Positions 46,719 through 57,293 of a DNA stretch of 64,000 nt are shown in pieces. This DNA comes from an uncultured Phycisphaerales bacterium. GTDB taxonomy: Bacteria; Planctomycetota; Phycisphaerae; Sedimentisphaerales; Anaerobacaceae. Location of the stretch: contig OY970359.1 in assembly GCA_963718665.1 (NCBI GenBank), forward strand, positions 1,824,001-1,888,000, given 5' to 3'. Within the stretch, counting starts at the first letter, position 1; every line of letters begins with the position of its first letter. The notes beneath the pieces were generated by a model. That model had not been told where the DNA came from. It worked only from the letters and a program-made list of their open reading frames with translations, and searched no databases. The position numbers were made by a program, and so were the translations under genes.

Positions 46719-48865
46719 TTTGCGATGACAGTAGAATGATAAAACGCTGTGTATATCACATATTAATTCTCTCAATGTTTTTTGTCCCCCCCGTTTTGTC
46801 CGCGGATAATTTGTATGACGGGTTTAAGAATCCGCCTATGTCCGTCAGGCCGATTATTCACTGGAACTGGGATGCCAATAGCCCGGGCAAGCAGGAAACA
46901 ATAAGCCGGCTTGAGGCATTCAAAAAAGCGGGCTTTGGCGGCGTTGAAATTTCCATTCTTGAAGATGTAAACGTGCAAATGTTGAAGTTTGCCGCGGACG
47001 CCGCGAAACAACGGGGAATGATTGTGGATTTGTCGCTTGGCTCGACACTGGGCGGCTCATTTATCTCGCCCGCCGAGCAGGGCCGGCAAATCGCAATAAG
47101 CAAAAAGAAGTTCACCGGGCCGACAAATTCTGTTGTGAACGTAAATGATTTAATTAAGGTTACTGACCCGAATTACAAGCTTGTTTTTCTGCGTCTGATT
47201 CGAGCGGAAGCGTCGAGTTTTTTGCCGGGCGAAGAACTAATCGGGAAAATCAAGCAGGATGGCACAGTTGTCATCGATATTAATGACGCCAACACCTATA
47301 CCCTTTACGCGGGCGTTTTGCAATCAGGGGCAGGCGCCACAGGCGATCCGGTTCTCGACGTGCTCAATAAGAATGCCGTAGAAAAATATTTCAACAACAT
47401 CTCCGCCAAACTTGGCCCTGTTTTTGGCAGCAAACTCGGGAATTCGATCCATGCGATTGTATGTTCTCCTGCCGAACCTGGCTTCGCAAACTGGACAGGC
47501 AATTTTCCGCAGCAGTTTATTAAGCGGTACGGATACGACGTACTTCCGTATTTGCCTGTTATTCTCGACACTGATATTCGCGCTGCCAGAACACGTTTTT
47601 ACGATACTATTCGCCGCGTACGTTATGATTTTTACTCGGCCATCATCGGGATGTATCACGAATACTTTACCGCGGCCTTTAAGGATTTTTGTCGCGATAA
47701 TGGTGCTCTGTCCCGCATTCCGGCGGGTTCCGTTAATATTCTCGACAGTTGCTCAGTGCCGCTCGATATATTTCAGGGAGATATACCAGGCACTGGCGCC
47801 AATATGAGATATCGAACCTGGGATAAGATAGTTTCCTCGGCTGCGCATCTTGCCGACAAGTCCCTCGTAGTCGGCGAGTCAACGGTCAGCGATTCAGAAA
47901 ATATTGAATCACTGAAGATAAACGACGACATGGCATTTGTTGCAGGGGACAATCAATCCATTCTGGCAGGGGTTTCCTTGCCCGGCGAGCACAATCCTGT
48001 GTGGCCGTATATCGGAAGCTGGACCGAACGCAACGCGAGATTGTCTTATTTATTCCAAAATGCCCGCCACCAGGCCCGGATTGCCATTTTCCTTCCGGCC
48101 GCCGACCTCTGGAGTGATTGCGGACCTTCTGAGACCAGGATGGCCGATTATATATGGTATCTGTTCCCTCTTTGGCAGGCCCTCAGTCAGAACGGTTATA
48201 CGGTTGATTTCATCAGCGATAAAATCGTCTCACAGGTAACTTTCGATGACGGCAAACTACACTTCGGCTCGCAGACCTACGAAGCCGTTATCGTCCCCGA
48301 TTTATTCTCAATAGAAGATTTTCTTGCTGCCAGGAATCTGCGTTTCTTTAGCGCAAAAGGCGGCAAAATCGTCTTCATAGGCCGAGAACCGCTGACCGGC
48401 ACCGGCTTCAGAAACCTCCTTCAACGAAGTGTTGCCGTCGATCTTACGATGCGTCATCTCAAAGAGAATGACCCAAACCGGGTTTTGTTCATTCAAGCCC
48501 CGGACAAAGACAAGGATAATCTGCTGTCCTGGACATCTGATATGATGAAAAAAATCGGCGTATTGCCAGCCGTCAGGATTTCTCCGCCGAGCGATAAGCT
48601 TCTTTTCGTCCATTACCTTGCCGAAGGCAGAGATATATTCTTTTTTGCCAATACCGATAACGTTGCCCCCGTATCTTTCCGCGCGGATTTCAATACCGCC
48701 GGCAAAACACCCTGGGTCTGGAATCCTGATACCGGCAAGCGCGACAAATTTACACATAGCGACAAGTCGGGCGCTTTGAATATCAGCATCAAGCCGGGGG
48801 ATTCGCTGTTGCTGGTTTTTGAACCGGATACTAAAACAAAACCTGCCAAACCAAAAAATAATTAG
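46715..48865 (+). CDS. Exported glycoside hydrolase family 106 (alpha-L-rhamnosidase)-like protein, divergent
   Basis: LY.GFKNPP..RP..HWNW, KAGFGGVEI, WT..F...F.KRYGYD..PYLP, SSAAH, WNP.TG. Confidence 0.7.
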   Translation: MICDDSRMIKRCVYHILILSMFFVPPVLSADNLYDGFKNPPMSVRPIIHWNWDANSPGKQETISRLEAFKKAGFGGVEISILEDVNVQMLKFAADAAKQRGMIVDLSLGSTLGGSFISPAEQGRQIAISKKKFTGPTNSVVNVNDLIKVTDPNYKLVFLRLIRAEASSFLPGEELIGKIKQDGTVVIDINDANTYTLYAGVLQSGAGATGDPVLDVLNKNAVEKYFNNISAKLGPVFGSKLGNSIHAIVCSPAEPGFANWTGNFPQQFIKRYGYDVLPYLPVILDTDIRAARTRFYDTIRRVRYDFYSAIIGMYHEYFTAAFKDFCRDNGALSRIPAGSVNILDSCSVPLDIFQGDIPGTGANMRYRTWDKIVSSAAHLADKSLVVGESTVSDSENIESLKINDDMAFVAGDNQSILAGVSLPGEHNPVWPYIGSWTERNARLSYLFQNARHQARIAIFLPAADLWSDCGPSETRMADYIWYLFPLWQALSQNGYTVDFISDKIVSQVTFDDGKLHFGSQTYEAVIVPDLFSIEDFLAARNLRFFSAKGGKIVFIGREPLTGTGFRNLLQRSVAVDLTMRHLKENDPNRVLFIQAPDKDKDNLLSWTSDMMKKIGVLPAVRISPPSDKLLFVHYLAEGRDIFFFANTDNVAPVSFRADFNTAGKTPWVWNPDTGKRDKFTHSDKSGALNISIKPGDSLLLVFEPDTKTKPAKPKNN

Positions 48866-48901
48866 TCCCGTGCGATTGCTGAAGGTGCAATAAGGAAATA
48901 T

Positions 48902-49666
48902 ATGATTTATCAGGACCTCAAAAACAAAAGGGTTCTCGTTACTGGCTCAAGCTCCGGCATAGGGCAGGCAACAGCTATTGAATTTGCCAAACAGGGCTGT
49001 TTCGTCGGCGTTCATTATTTCAGAACAAAACAGGGAGGCGAGCAGACGCTTGCTGAAGTGAAAAAGCACAGCGATGGTATCCTTCTCAATGCTGACGTTA
49101 GAAACCAAAGTCAGGTAAACAAAATGGTTGGTCGGTTTGCCAAAACGGCAGGGGGTCTGGATATTCTCGTTAACAATGCAGGCGACCTTATCGAACGCCA
49201 GCCATTCGAAACCGCCACCGCCGCATATCACGATAATATTTACGAAACAAATGTTCGCTCAATATTTTTTGTTACTCAGGCGGCCCTGGGCTGGTTAAAG
49301 AAATCCGCTGGCTGCGTTGTAAACGTCGGTTCCGTTGCCGGCCATCATGGCGGGGGTGATGGCGCAGGCATCTACGCCGGCGCAAAGGCGGCTGTCGCTA
49401 CTGAAACAATCGCTATCGCTAAGGAATTTGCCCGGTATGGCATACGCGTAAACACCGTCGTCCCGGGTTTCATTGAAACACGCTTCCACAAGCGATACAG
49501 CTCCGCGCAACGAGTAAAAGCAACTATTCAGCAAACCCCGCTGGGCAGAAACGGAACTCCCGAAGATATCGCCAGGGCAATTCTGTTTCTCGCCAGTTCC
49601 GAAGCTGCCGGATTCATCACGGGCGAATATATCGCAGTCAACGGCGGTCTTTATATGCGTGCCTGA
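48902..49666 (+). CDS. SDR family oxidoreductase
   Basis: TGSSSGIG, NNAG, YAGAK catalytic motif, PG.I.T. Confidence 0.92.
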   Translation: MIYQDLKNKRVLVTGSSSGIGQATAIEFAKQGCFVGVHYFRTKQGGEQTLAEVKKHSDGILLNADVRNQSQVNKMVGRFAKTAGGLDILVNNAGDLIERQPFETATAAYHDNIYETNVRSIFFVTQAALGWLKKSAGCVVNVGSVAGHHGGGDGAGIYAGAKAAVATETIAIAKEFARYGIRVNTVVPGFIETRFHKRYSSAQRVKATIQQTPLGRNGTPEDIARAILFLASSEAAGFITGEYIAVNGGLYMRA

Positions 49667-49756
49667 ACAAATCCTTGAAAAACATACATCGTTCTGATAC
49701 ACTCTGTCTGTAAGCCATCATCACGATTATGTTGTAATATGACGGGATAGTTACTA

Positions 49757-51556
49757 ATGAGAACTTCTGCACGGACGCAAGGCAAGTCATCTTCCTGTGA
49801 ACCGCTTCACAAAAATCATCGGCGTACAAATTACGCGGAAAAAACCTGGGTTATATCGCCGGCTGACCCCCGTGCAGACCAACTCGCCAAATCGCTCAAG
49901 GTTTCGCCTTTGCTCGGCCAACTGCTCATCAATCGAGGCGTTACCGACCCGCAATCCGGCTCCGCGTTTCTCAGGCCCAAACTGACCGACTTAATCAGTC
50001 CGGAATTGCTTCCCGGCGTTCGCGACGCCGCTAAAAGAGTTCAATTAGCAGTTACCCAAAAACAGAAAATAACGCTCTATGGCGATTACGACGTCGATGG
50101 TATCACGGGCGTTGCGATTCTCTGGCAAATCCTTACGCTGCTCGGTGCAAACGTCGATTATTATATCCCGCATCGTATCGACGAGGGCTATGGTCTTAAT
50201 GTCGAGGCGGTCGAATCAATCGCCAAGTCCGGAACTCAACTCCTTATAACCGTTGATTGCGGTATTACCGCTAACGCCGCCGCCGACCTTGCGAAAAAAC
50301 TCGGTGTTGATTTGATAATCACGGACCACCACCAGTTCGCTGACACGCTGCCGCAGGCGTTAGTTATTGTCCATCCCTCGCTCGATAAATCATATCCCAA
50401 TCCTGATTCTTCCGGCTCATTAGTCGCCTTCAAACTGGGCTGGGCAGTCGCGGACCTTTTCAAAACAGGCCCCAAGCTCAATCCGCAGATGCGCGACTTT
50501 ATGCTCAATGCCACATCTTTAGCGGCTATGGGCGCCATTGCCGACGTTATGGAGCTTCGAGGCGAAAACAGGACGCTTACAAGTTTCGGTCTTAGTTTGC
50601 TTTCAGACACCAAATTACCCGGCCTGCAGGCCCTTATCGAATCCGCCGAGCTTACCGGCAAAGGCCTCGACAGCTATCACATCGGTTTTCGTCTTGCCCC
50701 TACGCTAAATGCCGCGGGCAGAATAGGCCACGCCCGTTTGGCAGTCGAGCTGCTGACTTCCACCTCGCTTGCCCACGCCACACAGGTTGCCGAATATCTC
50801 AAGAGCCAAAACGGGCAACGTCAGCGTTTCGAACGCAAAATTTACAACCATGCCTGCCAGATTATCGCCGAAAAGGGCCTCGACAACCCCGAAAGGAAAA
50901 CCATTGTGCTGGCTGACACTTCCTGGCACAGCGGTGTTGTTGGTATTGTCGCGTCTCGGATCGTCGATAAATTTTCCCGTCCCACGATTATAATTAACTC
51001 CGGCTCAACGCCCGCACAAGGGTCCGGTCGTTCTGTTCCCAGTTTTGATATTCTCGCAGCAATCTCCGCCTGTTCAGAGCATCTCGTTACTTTCGGCGGA
51101 CACAAAATGGCCGCGGGTGTAACCGTCCTGCCTGAAAATATCCAGAAGTTTGCCGATGCCCTCGAAATCTATGCTCAACAGCATTTGTCCAAGGAACACT
51201 GCGTCGGCAAGCTCAATATCGATGCCCTTGCGTCATTGTCCGAGTTCAGTTACGAAAGCGTTTGCGAAATGCAGGCCCTTGGCCCATTCGGGCAGGGCAA
51301 TCCTGAGCCGCTGTTTGCCACAAAGGGTGTTCATCTTTGTTCTCCGCCTCGCAGGGTAGGGGCGACCGCCGACCACCTCCAGTTTGCCGTTACTGACAAC
51401 ACCAACTCAATCCGCTGCATTGGCTTTAGGATGGGGCCGCTCGAAAAGAAACTGCTCGAACGTGATTGCTTTGATATTGCCTATCACGCCGCAATTGATT
51501 CGTTCAATGGCAACCATTCAGTCCAGTTGGTTATCGAAGACATCCGTTTCGAATGA
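49757..51556 (+). CDS. recJ: Single-stranded-DNA exonuclease RecJ
   Basis: YGDYDVDG, EGYGLN, TVDCG, TDHH, NAAGR, GSGRS, FGGH..AAG, PFGQGNPEP; start uncertain. Confidence 0.95.
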   Translation: MRTSARTQGKSSSCEPLHKNHRRTNYAEKTWVISPADPRADQLAKSLKVSPLLGQLLINRGVTDPQSGSAFLRPKLTDLISPELLPGVRDAAKRVQLAVTQKQKITLYGDYDVDGITGVAILWQILTLLGANVDYYIPHRIDEGYGLNVEAVESIAKSGTQLLITVDCGITANAAADLAKKLGVDLIITDHHQFADTLPQALVIVHPSLDKSYPNPDSSGSLVAFKLGWAVADLFKTGPKLNPQMRDFMLNATSLAAMGAIADVMELRGENRTLTSFGLSLLSDTKLPGLQALIESAELTGKGLDSYHIGFRLAPTLNAAGRIGHARLAVELLTSTSLAHATQVAEYLKSQNGQRQRFERKIYNHACQIIAEKGLDNPERKTIVLADTSWHSGVVGIVASRIVDKFSRPTIIINSGSTPAQGSGRSVPSFDILAAISACSEHLVTFGGHKMAAGVTVLPENIQKFADALEIYAQQHLSKEHCVGKLNIDALASLSEFSYESVCEMQALGPFGQGNPEPLFATKGVHLCSPPRRVGATADHLQFAVTDNTNSIRCIGFRMGPLEKKLLERDCFDIAYHAAIDSFNGNHSVQLVIEDIRFE

Positions 51557-51561
51557 TGGCT

Positions 51562-53043
51562 TCACTTTCCGGATTCGACCGTTATTTTTTCAATTCTGAA
51601 TTTGCCTAATGTTGTCGCCATGTTAAAGAAGTTCGCCGGTTCGCCGTTACCGGATGCCAGGGTGATATGTCCCGCGTCGAATTTTCCCAGGGCGCCAGCT
51701 TTGAACGCCGAATCAAGCCCGACCCATTTGTCGCCTACATACGCCTCCGTCCAGGCATGCCCGCCAAAACCGGTCTTGCCTTCAAAATCATTTACGTATG
51801 CCACGCCCACTGTTACTTTTGCCGGTATTCCCGCCGCCCGGCACATCGCTGCGCACAGGACAGCGAATTCCGTGCAGTCGCCTCTTCTGCTCGCAGCAAC
51901 CTCTGTCGCCGAGGCGTATCCAACCGACAAGCTGATGTCTTTTACGTACTTAGACACAAACTCCTCGATTCTTTTTGCCGCCTCTGCCGAGTCCTTTGCG
52001 TCGCCAACCGCCTGTTTCGCAAGGGCTATTATATTCGCGTCGTCGCTCTGCACAAATCTGCCTGGCTTCATCATCTCTGCGATGTTTGCGTCTGTTCCCT
52101 TATATGGGAATGTTCTGCCCGTCGGAATACTCACTGGTTCTACTTTCACTATTACCGTTCCATCTTCGAGCTTCTGAACCTGCTGGTTATCGCTTGACGG
52201 TATCATAAGATTTGTTGTTTGAGCGGTCGGTTTCAGGTAATACGTGATTGATTTGGCCGACGCGGCGTCTTCAATCGGCTCAGGACTTGCCAAAAACATC
52301 TTGTCAATTATTTCAGCTGGCTGGTTATTGCTCATCGCGAATTCCTTTGTGCAGGCCAGCATTTCCACGTTCATACCTGCCATCTGCATTATGCTTTTTA
52401 ACGCCCGTAATTGCTCGTCAACATAACCAATCGAAGCAATCTCGCCGGTTCCGGGCATACTCATAACCGTCTCAACTTTTGTCAGCGACACGATTCTGCC
52501 CAGCAAATCGACATCCTGCTTTGCGCCGACTTTCACGCGGGAATAAACAGCGGCCATTATTCCGGGGCTGAACACATTTACATCGTAGCTTGTGCCTTCT
52601 TTCAGTTTTTTCTCCAGCTCAATCAGACGCAACCCCTCCGCCATAACCGCTCCCTTTGGCCAGACCAGAGTATTTTCCTGCACGGCCCCCATTCCTGTCG
52701 TCCGCATCCGGACAGTTCCGTCTTTGCCTACGTTGCCCTCTGTTTTCATCATTACTATTCCCATATCCTGTTCGGATGTGAACGATATCGGCTCCCCCTT
52801 TACCGTCTCAACGCAGATTTCCTTTGTCTTCATTAGAACGGTCTTTCCCATTCTATTTAGCGTCATATCAGCAGTTTCTGTTGTTGTAACCTGCTCGCCC
52901 GCCACGACCCTGCTGTGTATTGCGTGTCCGACCTTGGTCCCATCCACGAATACAGCGTAGTATTCGACGTCATCGGTTTGCCCCAGCGCCAAAACCGCGA
53001 ATTGCAGAACGATAAGCCCAATCGTGAAAATTTTTGCCTTCAT
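51562..53043 (-). CDS. Exported transglutaminase-like domain protein
   Basis: Signal peptide; catalytic triad motifs GDCTEFA, GHAWTE, W..LD. Confidence 0.88.
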   Translation of the reverse strand: MKAKIFTIGLIVLQFAVLALGQTDDVEYYAVFVDGTKVGHAIHSRVVAGEQVTTTETADMTLNRMGKTVLMKTKEICVETVKGEPISFTSEQDMGIVMMKTEGNVGKDGTVRMRTTGMGAVQENTLVWPKGAVMAEGLRLIELEKKLKEGTSYDVNVFSPGIMAAVYSRVKVGAKQDVDLLGRIVSLTKVETVMSMPGTGEIASIGYVDEQLRALKSIMQMAGMNVEMLACTKEFAMSNNQPAEIIDKMFLASPEPIEDAASAKSITYYLKPTAQTTNLMIPSSDNQQVQKLEDGTVIVKVEPVSIPTGRTFPYKGTDANIAEMMKPGRFVQSDDANIIALAKQAVGDAKDSAEAAKRIEEFVSKYVKDISLSVGYASATEVAASRRGDCTEFAVLCAAMCRAAGIPAKVTVGVAYVNDFEGKTGFGGHAWTEAYVGDKWVGLDSAFKAGALGKFDAGHITLASGNGEPANFFNMATTLGKFRIEKITVESGK

Positions 53044-53102
53044 AATCAGCTCCAAAAATGTTGTCCCGTTTCAAATATGTTACGATTAGTATAAACCATC
53101 CG

Positions 53103-53131
53103 TTGCATCCGGCAAGTTATCTTCCTAAAAT
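53103..53131 (+). promoter_or_regulatory. Putative sigma70 promoter of murE-murF-mraY
   Basis: TTGCAT-17 nt-TAAAAT. Confidence 0.5.
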
Positions 53132-53168
53132 ACCCTGATGACCTGGTTACCTGATGACCTGATATGCT

Positions 53169-54617
53169 ATGAATTTTGATGAACTGTTGACGCTTGTTTG
53201 TTCGGGCAATTCACCCCGGCTGTGCGACGATTCCCGTATCATCGAGCCGGACGACATTTTCGTTGCTGTCAAAGGCCCAAACGTCGATGGCCACGACTTT
53301 ATCCCGCAAGTTCTCGCCAAAGGAGCAAAATTCATCGTCTGCCAATCATCTTCTTCCGTTGTCGTTCCCGCGCAGGCGGGAATCCAGGTCATTACCGTCC
53401 CTGATCCCTCTCTTGCCCTTGCCTCTCTTGCCCAGGCCGCCAATGGTAACCCTGCTGATAAACTCACCAATCTTGCCGTTACGGGAACCAAGGGCAAAAC
53501 CACGGTAACTTTTCTTGTCCGCTCCTGCTTTCAGGCCGCCGGGGAAAAATGCGGCCTCATAGGGACCGTTATTTACGACACCGGCATCGATGTATCACCT
53601 GCGCCGCTCACCACCCCCGATTGCCTGACTATCGCAAAATCGCAATCGCAGATGCTAAAAGCCGGCGCAAAATATATGGTCATCGAGGCCAGCTCTCACG
53701 CCCTCGACCAGAATCGAGTCGCCGCGATTAATTTCAAAGCCGCTGCATTTACTAATCTCACAGGCGACCACCTCGATTACCATAAAACCACCGGAAATTA
53801 CCTGGCCGCCAAGTTAAAACTCTTCGCGATACTTTCTCCCGACGCTACAGCTGTTCTTAATAAGCAATCTCTTTACTCGAAGGAAATCGCCGCGATTACT
53901 AAAGCCAAAATTATCTGGTTTGCCGTTGATGATAAGGCCAACCTTTCCGCGGAAATTCACTCAATCGATGACTCAGGCACAGCGTTCACGCTTCGATATC
54001 AGGGGCAAAGTATCCGTATAAAAACGCCTTTGCTTGGCCGATTCAACGTCGCTAACCATCTCGCCGCCGCGGGCTTGTGTCTGTCTGCGGGTCTTGACCT
54101 CAAAACCGTTGCCCGTGGCTTGTCCGCTCTTGACGCAATCCCAGGCCGGCTTGAAAATGTAAAATCCGATGCGCCGTTTACCGTTCTCGTCGATTTCGCC
54201 CATACCGATGATGCTCTTGATAATGTTCTTTCAACTCTCAAGCCATTGTGTAAAGCTCGTCTAATTGTCGTATTCGGCTGCGGCGGCGACAGGGACAAAA
54301 CCAAACGACCTCGTATGGCAAAAGTAGTTGAAAAATACGCGGACTTAGGCATAGTAACAAGCGATAACCCAAGGACCGAAAATCCCGACGATATAATCAG
54401 TCAAATTGTCGCCGGCCTCAAAAACCCCGGCTCACCAAAAATCAAAATTGAACCAGACAGGAAAAAAGCGATAGCCCTTGCGATTGAATCAGCACGAAAA
54501 GATGACGTTGTTATCATAGCAGGCAAAGGTCACGAGAGTTATCAAATCATTGGCAAGCAAAAATTCCCCTTCAGCGACCAGCAAATCGCCCTCGATTTGC
54601 TAAAAACTAAAAAATGA
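53169..54617 (+). CDS. murE: UDP-MurNAc-tripeptide synthetase (meso-DAP type)
   Basis: DGHDF, TGTKGKTT, LTTP, EASSH, FTNLTGDHLDYH, DFAHT, FGCGGDRD, SDNPR, AGKGHE. Confidence 0.95.
   Translation: MNFDELLTLVCSGNSPRLCDDSRIIEPDDIFVAVKGPNVDGHDFIPQVLAKGAKFIVCQSSSSVVVPAQAGIQVITVPDPSLALASLAQAANGNPADKLTNLAVTGTKGKTTVTFLVRSCFQAAGEKCGLIGTVIYDTGIDVSPAPLTTPDCLTIAKSQSQMLKAGAKYMVIEASSHALDQNRVAAINFKAAAFTNLTGDHLDYHKTTGNYLAAKLKLFAILSPDATAVLNKQSLYSKEIAAITKAKIIWFAVDDKANLSAEIHSIDDSGTAFTLRYQGQSIRIKTPLLGRFNVANHLAAAGLCLSAGLDLKTVARGLSALDAIPGRLENVKSDAPFTVLVDFAHTDDALDNVLSTLKPLCKARLIVVFGCGGDRDKTKRPRMAKVVEKYADLGIVTSDNPRTENPDDIISQIVAGLKNPGSPKIKIEPDRKKAIALAIESARKDDVVIIAGKGHESYQIIGKQKFPFSDQQIALDLLKTKK
53361..53387. repeat. 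Family D palindrome (dRS3-like) in frame within murE
   Basis: GTCGTTCCCGCGCAGGCGGGAATCCAG, 27 nt, encoding VVPAQAGIQ. Confidence 0.8.
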
Positions 54618-55990
54618 AAAAACTTTCGATTGAAAATTTGGCCAAAATAGTAAAGGCGGGTCATAGGACACTGGGCACAAGTTATGACGTTACTTATGTA
54701 AGTACTGATTCACGAACAGCAAAGCCCGGCGACTGTTTTTTTGCCATTTCGGGCGATAATTTCGATGGCCACAACTTTTTGGCCGACGTCTTTGATAAAG
54801 GCGCTGTTTGTGCGGTGGTAAGCAAAAACATTCCCGCAGGGAAATTTCCAGGTAAAGCGATTCTTCGGGTTTCCGACACAATAAAAGCCCTGGGCGACCT
54901 CGCCTGTTGGTATCGTAAGGATTGTAAATTCAAGGTCGTCGCAATCACCGGCTCAGCAGGCAAAACGACAACAAGACAAATTGCTCACCACGTTCTTAGC
55001 CGGCATTTCAAGGTCTTCCAGTCGCCGAAAAGTTTCAATAATTTTATAGGCCTGCCTTTGACATTGCTGGGGGCTGAGCCAAATCAGGAAATTATTATTG
55101 TCGAACTGGGCACCAACCATACCGGCGAAATCGAGTATCTGACCCGAATCGCCTCGCCGGATATTGCCGTGGTTACCAATGTTTATCCTGCCCATCTCGC
55201 CGGCTTCGGCTCTGTCGGTAAAATCGCTGAAGAAAAATTATCAATTACCAAAGGTCTCACGTCATCGGGCGCTCTTATCATTAACGCGGATTGTCCGCCA
55301 TTACTTGATACCGCCCGCCGGGCCGGCTTAATTTTCAAAACTTTTTCTTGTTCTTCATCCGCTGATTACTGCGCACGCGATATTACCATCGGGCCGCTTG
55401 CCAGTGAGTTGACTATCGATGGTGTGCCTGTCGAAGTTCCGCTTCCCGGCAGGGGGAATATTGAAAATGCCCTCGCTGCCTGGGCAATCTGCTCAAATCT
55501 TGGTATTACAGCCGCACAATTTGCCGACGTGATAAAATCAATAAGCCCCGTTTCGATGCGAACCGAAATGCTTAGGATTGGTTCACTTACCGTTATTTCT
55601 GATTGCTATAACGCCAATCCTGCCTCGATGAAAAACGCCCTTGATATCCTTGCAAACCTCGCCGGCAGTCAAAAACGCAGGGCCGTCTTTGTTTGCGGCG
55701 ATATGGCGGAACTCGGCGATTCAGAACAGATTTTACACCGTCAGCTCGGCGAACAAATCGCAAAAGCAGGGGTAAATCTCCTCATCACGCTCGGCAATCT
55801 TGCCGCCATTGCCGCAGAATCTGTGAAAAGTACCTCGCCCGACATTCAGGTCAGCAGCTTCACAAGCAATATAGACCTTTGCAATAACTTGCGGAATTTG
55901 ATAAAAGATTCTGATATAATACTGGTCAAGGGCTCACGCGTTAATAAGCTTGAGCTTGTTGTTGATAAACTAAAAAGTTATCGTCAGTGA
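54614..55990 (+). CDS. murF: UDP-MurNAc-pentapeptide synthetase
   Basis: STDSR, ITGSAGKTT, SFNN.IG.PLT, ELGTNH.GEI, DCYNANP.SM, GDMAELG, VKGSR. Confidence 0.95.
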   Translation: MKKLSIENLAKIVKAGHRTLGTSYDVTYVSTDSRTAKPGDCFFAISGDNFDGHNFLADVFDKGAVCAVVSKNIPAGKFPGKAILRVSDTIKALGDLACWYRKDCKFKVVAITGSAGKTTTRQIAHHVLSRHFKVFQSPKSFNNFIGLPLTLLGAEPNQEIIIVELGTNHTGEIEYLTRIASPDIAVVTNVYPAHLAGFGSVGKIAEEKLSITKGLTSSGALIINADCPPLLDTARRAGLIFKTFSCSSSADYCARDITIGPLASELTIDGVPVEVPLPGRGNIENALAAWAICSNLGITAAQFADVIKSISPVSMRTEMLRIGSLTVISDCYNANPASMKNALDILANLAGSQKRRAVFVCGDMAELGDSEQILHRQLGEQIAKAGVNLLITLGNLAAIAAESVKSTSPDIQVSSFTSNIDLCNNLRNLIKDSDIILVKGSRVNKLELVVDKLKSYRQ

Positions 55991-56064
55991 ATCGTTAGCC
56001 CGTCCGGTCCGGCCTGGTGCCGGCGGCGGGGCGGCGGTTACTGGTCACGGAAGACGAAAATAAA

Positions 56065-57204
56065 ATGATTTATCATCTTCTCTGGTTTTTTCGCAACACC
56101 GTTACCCATCGGCTGGGTTTCTACGCCTATCAGGAAGTGATGTTCCGCGCCTTCGCGGCCCTGCTGACGGGGCTGCTTATCGCGCTTGTGCTTGGTCCGC
56201 CTCTTATTCGCTGGCTTATGCGGAAAAAAATCGGCGACCGCCCCGAATTCTATCTGGCGTCCCTAAATGAGCTTACAAAGCAAAAAGCCAATACCCCGAC
56301 TATGGGAGGCCTGATTATAATTATCGCCGTGCTTGGCTCCACCGTTCTCTGGGCCAAGCTTAACAACCCCTTCATCCAAAAGGCAATCATTCTAGTCCTT
56401 TGGTTCGGCGCCCTCGGCGCAGTTGACGACTGGCTAAAGCTCACCGCAGAATCGCATCATCGCAGCCGAGACGGCCTCAAACCCTGGGAAAAAATTCTCT
56501 TCCAGTTCGGCGGCGCAGTTCTTATCGCTTCCTTCCTCTATATCGATTTCACCAATATCGAAGACGGCCGGAAATTCTGGCTTCCCTTCTATAAACACGG
56601 CTTGCCCTTGGCCAACTGGATGTTCATTCTCATTGCCATTCTGTATCTGTCCGCCACCAGCAACGCCGTCAATCTCACCGATGGTATGGATGGTCTCGCC
56701 GCCGGCTGCACGGGTATCGCTTCATTCGTTCTTGCCGTCCTCTGCTATGTCGCATCTGAACCAATGAGCCGGACATCTACAGCCACCTGGTCGAGCTATC
56801 TGCTATTGCCTGCTATCCCGCAGGCGGGCGAGCTGGCCATATTCTTTTCCGCTATTCTCGGGGCAGTCCTTGGCTTCCTGTGGTTTAACTGTCATCCCGC
56901 ACAGGTCTTTATGGGAGATATCGGCTCGCTGCCCCTCGGCGCCGCTATGGGCTACGGCGCACTTGCCACCAGAAATGAAATTCTTCTGCTTATTATCGGC
57001 GGCGTCTTTATGATAGAGCTTTTCAGCGTTATCCTGCAGGTTTCCTATTTCAAATACACGGGCGGCAAACGCCTTTTCCGGTGCGCGCCAATCCACCACC
57101 ATTTTCACCTTGCCGGCTGGTCCGAACCGCAGGTCGTTGTCCGTTTTTGGCTTGTTGCCGCCGCTTTTGCCGCTATCGCCCTCGCTACCCTCAAAATACG
57201 CTGA
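56065..57204 (+). CDS. mraY: Phospho-N-acetylmuramoyl-pentapeptide transferase
   Basis: TPTMGG, GAVDD, NAVNLTDGMDGL, PAQVFMGD.GS, APIHHHF. Confidence 0.96.
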   Translation: MIYHLLWFFRNTVTHRLGFYAYQEVMFRAFAALLTGLLIALVLGPPLIRWLMRKKIGDRPEFYLASLNELTKQKANTPTMGGLIIIIAVLGSTVLWAKLNNPFIQKAIILVLWFGALGAVDDWLKLTAESHHRSRDGLKPWEKILFQFGGAVLIASFLYIDFTNIEDGRKFWLPFYKHGLPLANWMFILIAILYLSATSNAVNLTDGMDGLAAGCTGIASFVLAVLCYVASEPMSRTSTATWSSYLLLPAIPQAGELAIFFSAILGAVLGFLWFNCHPAQVFMGDIGSLPLGAAMGYGALATRNEILLLIIGGVFMIELFSVILQVSYFKYTGGKRLFRCAPIHHHFHLAGWSEPQVVVRFWLVAAAFAAIALATLKIR

Positions 57205-57293
57205 ACAAATCGAATCACGGGTAAATCTGAAATAGAAAATAGTAAACAGGAAAATTTTTCGTTATAATACCCTTCCCCTGACAGGGGATATTT

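Noticed and set aside
53134..53163. Short 7-9-mer degenerate repeats (CCTGATGA here; AATCCGC/AATCTAA at 29722-29775; TTCGTG-type at 62240 and 63175)
   Set aside because: Too short and too few to support a functional call from this window alone.
55998..56040. GC-rich hairpin-like stretches before mraY and at 31225-31245 as further repeat families
   Set aside because: They are single imperfect copies with no clear second match in the window.
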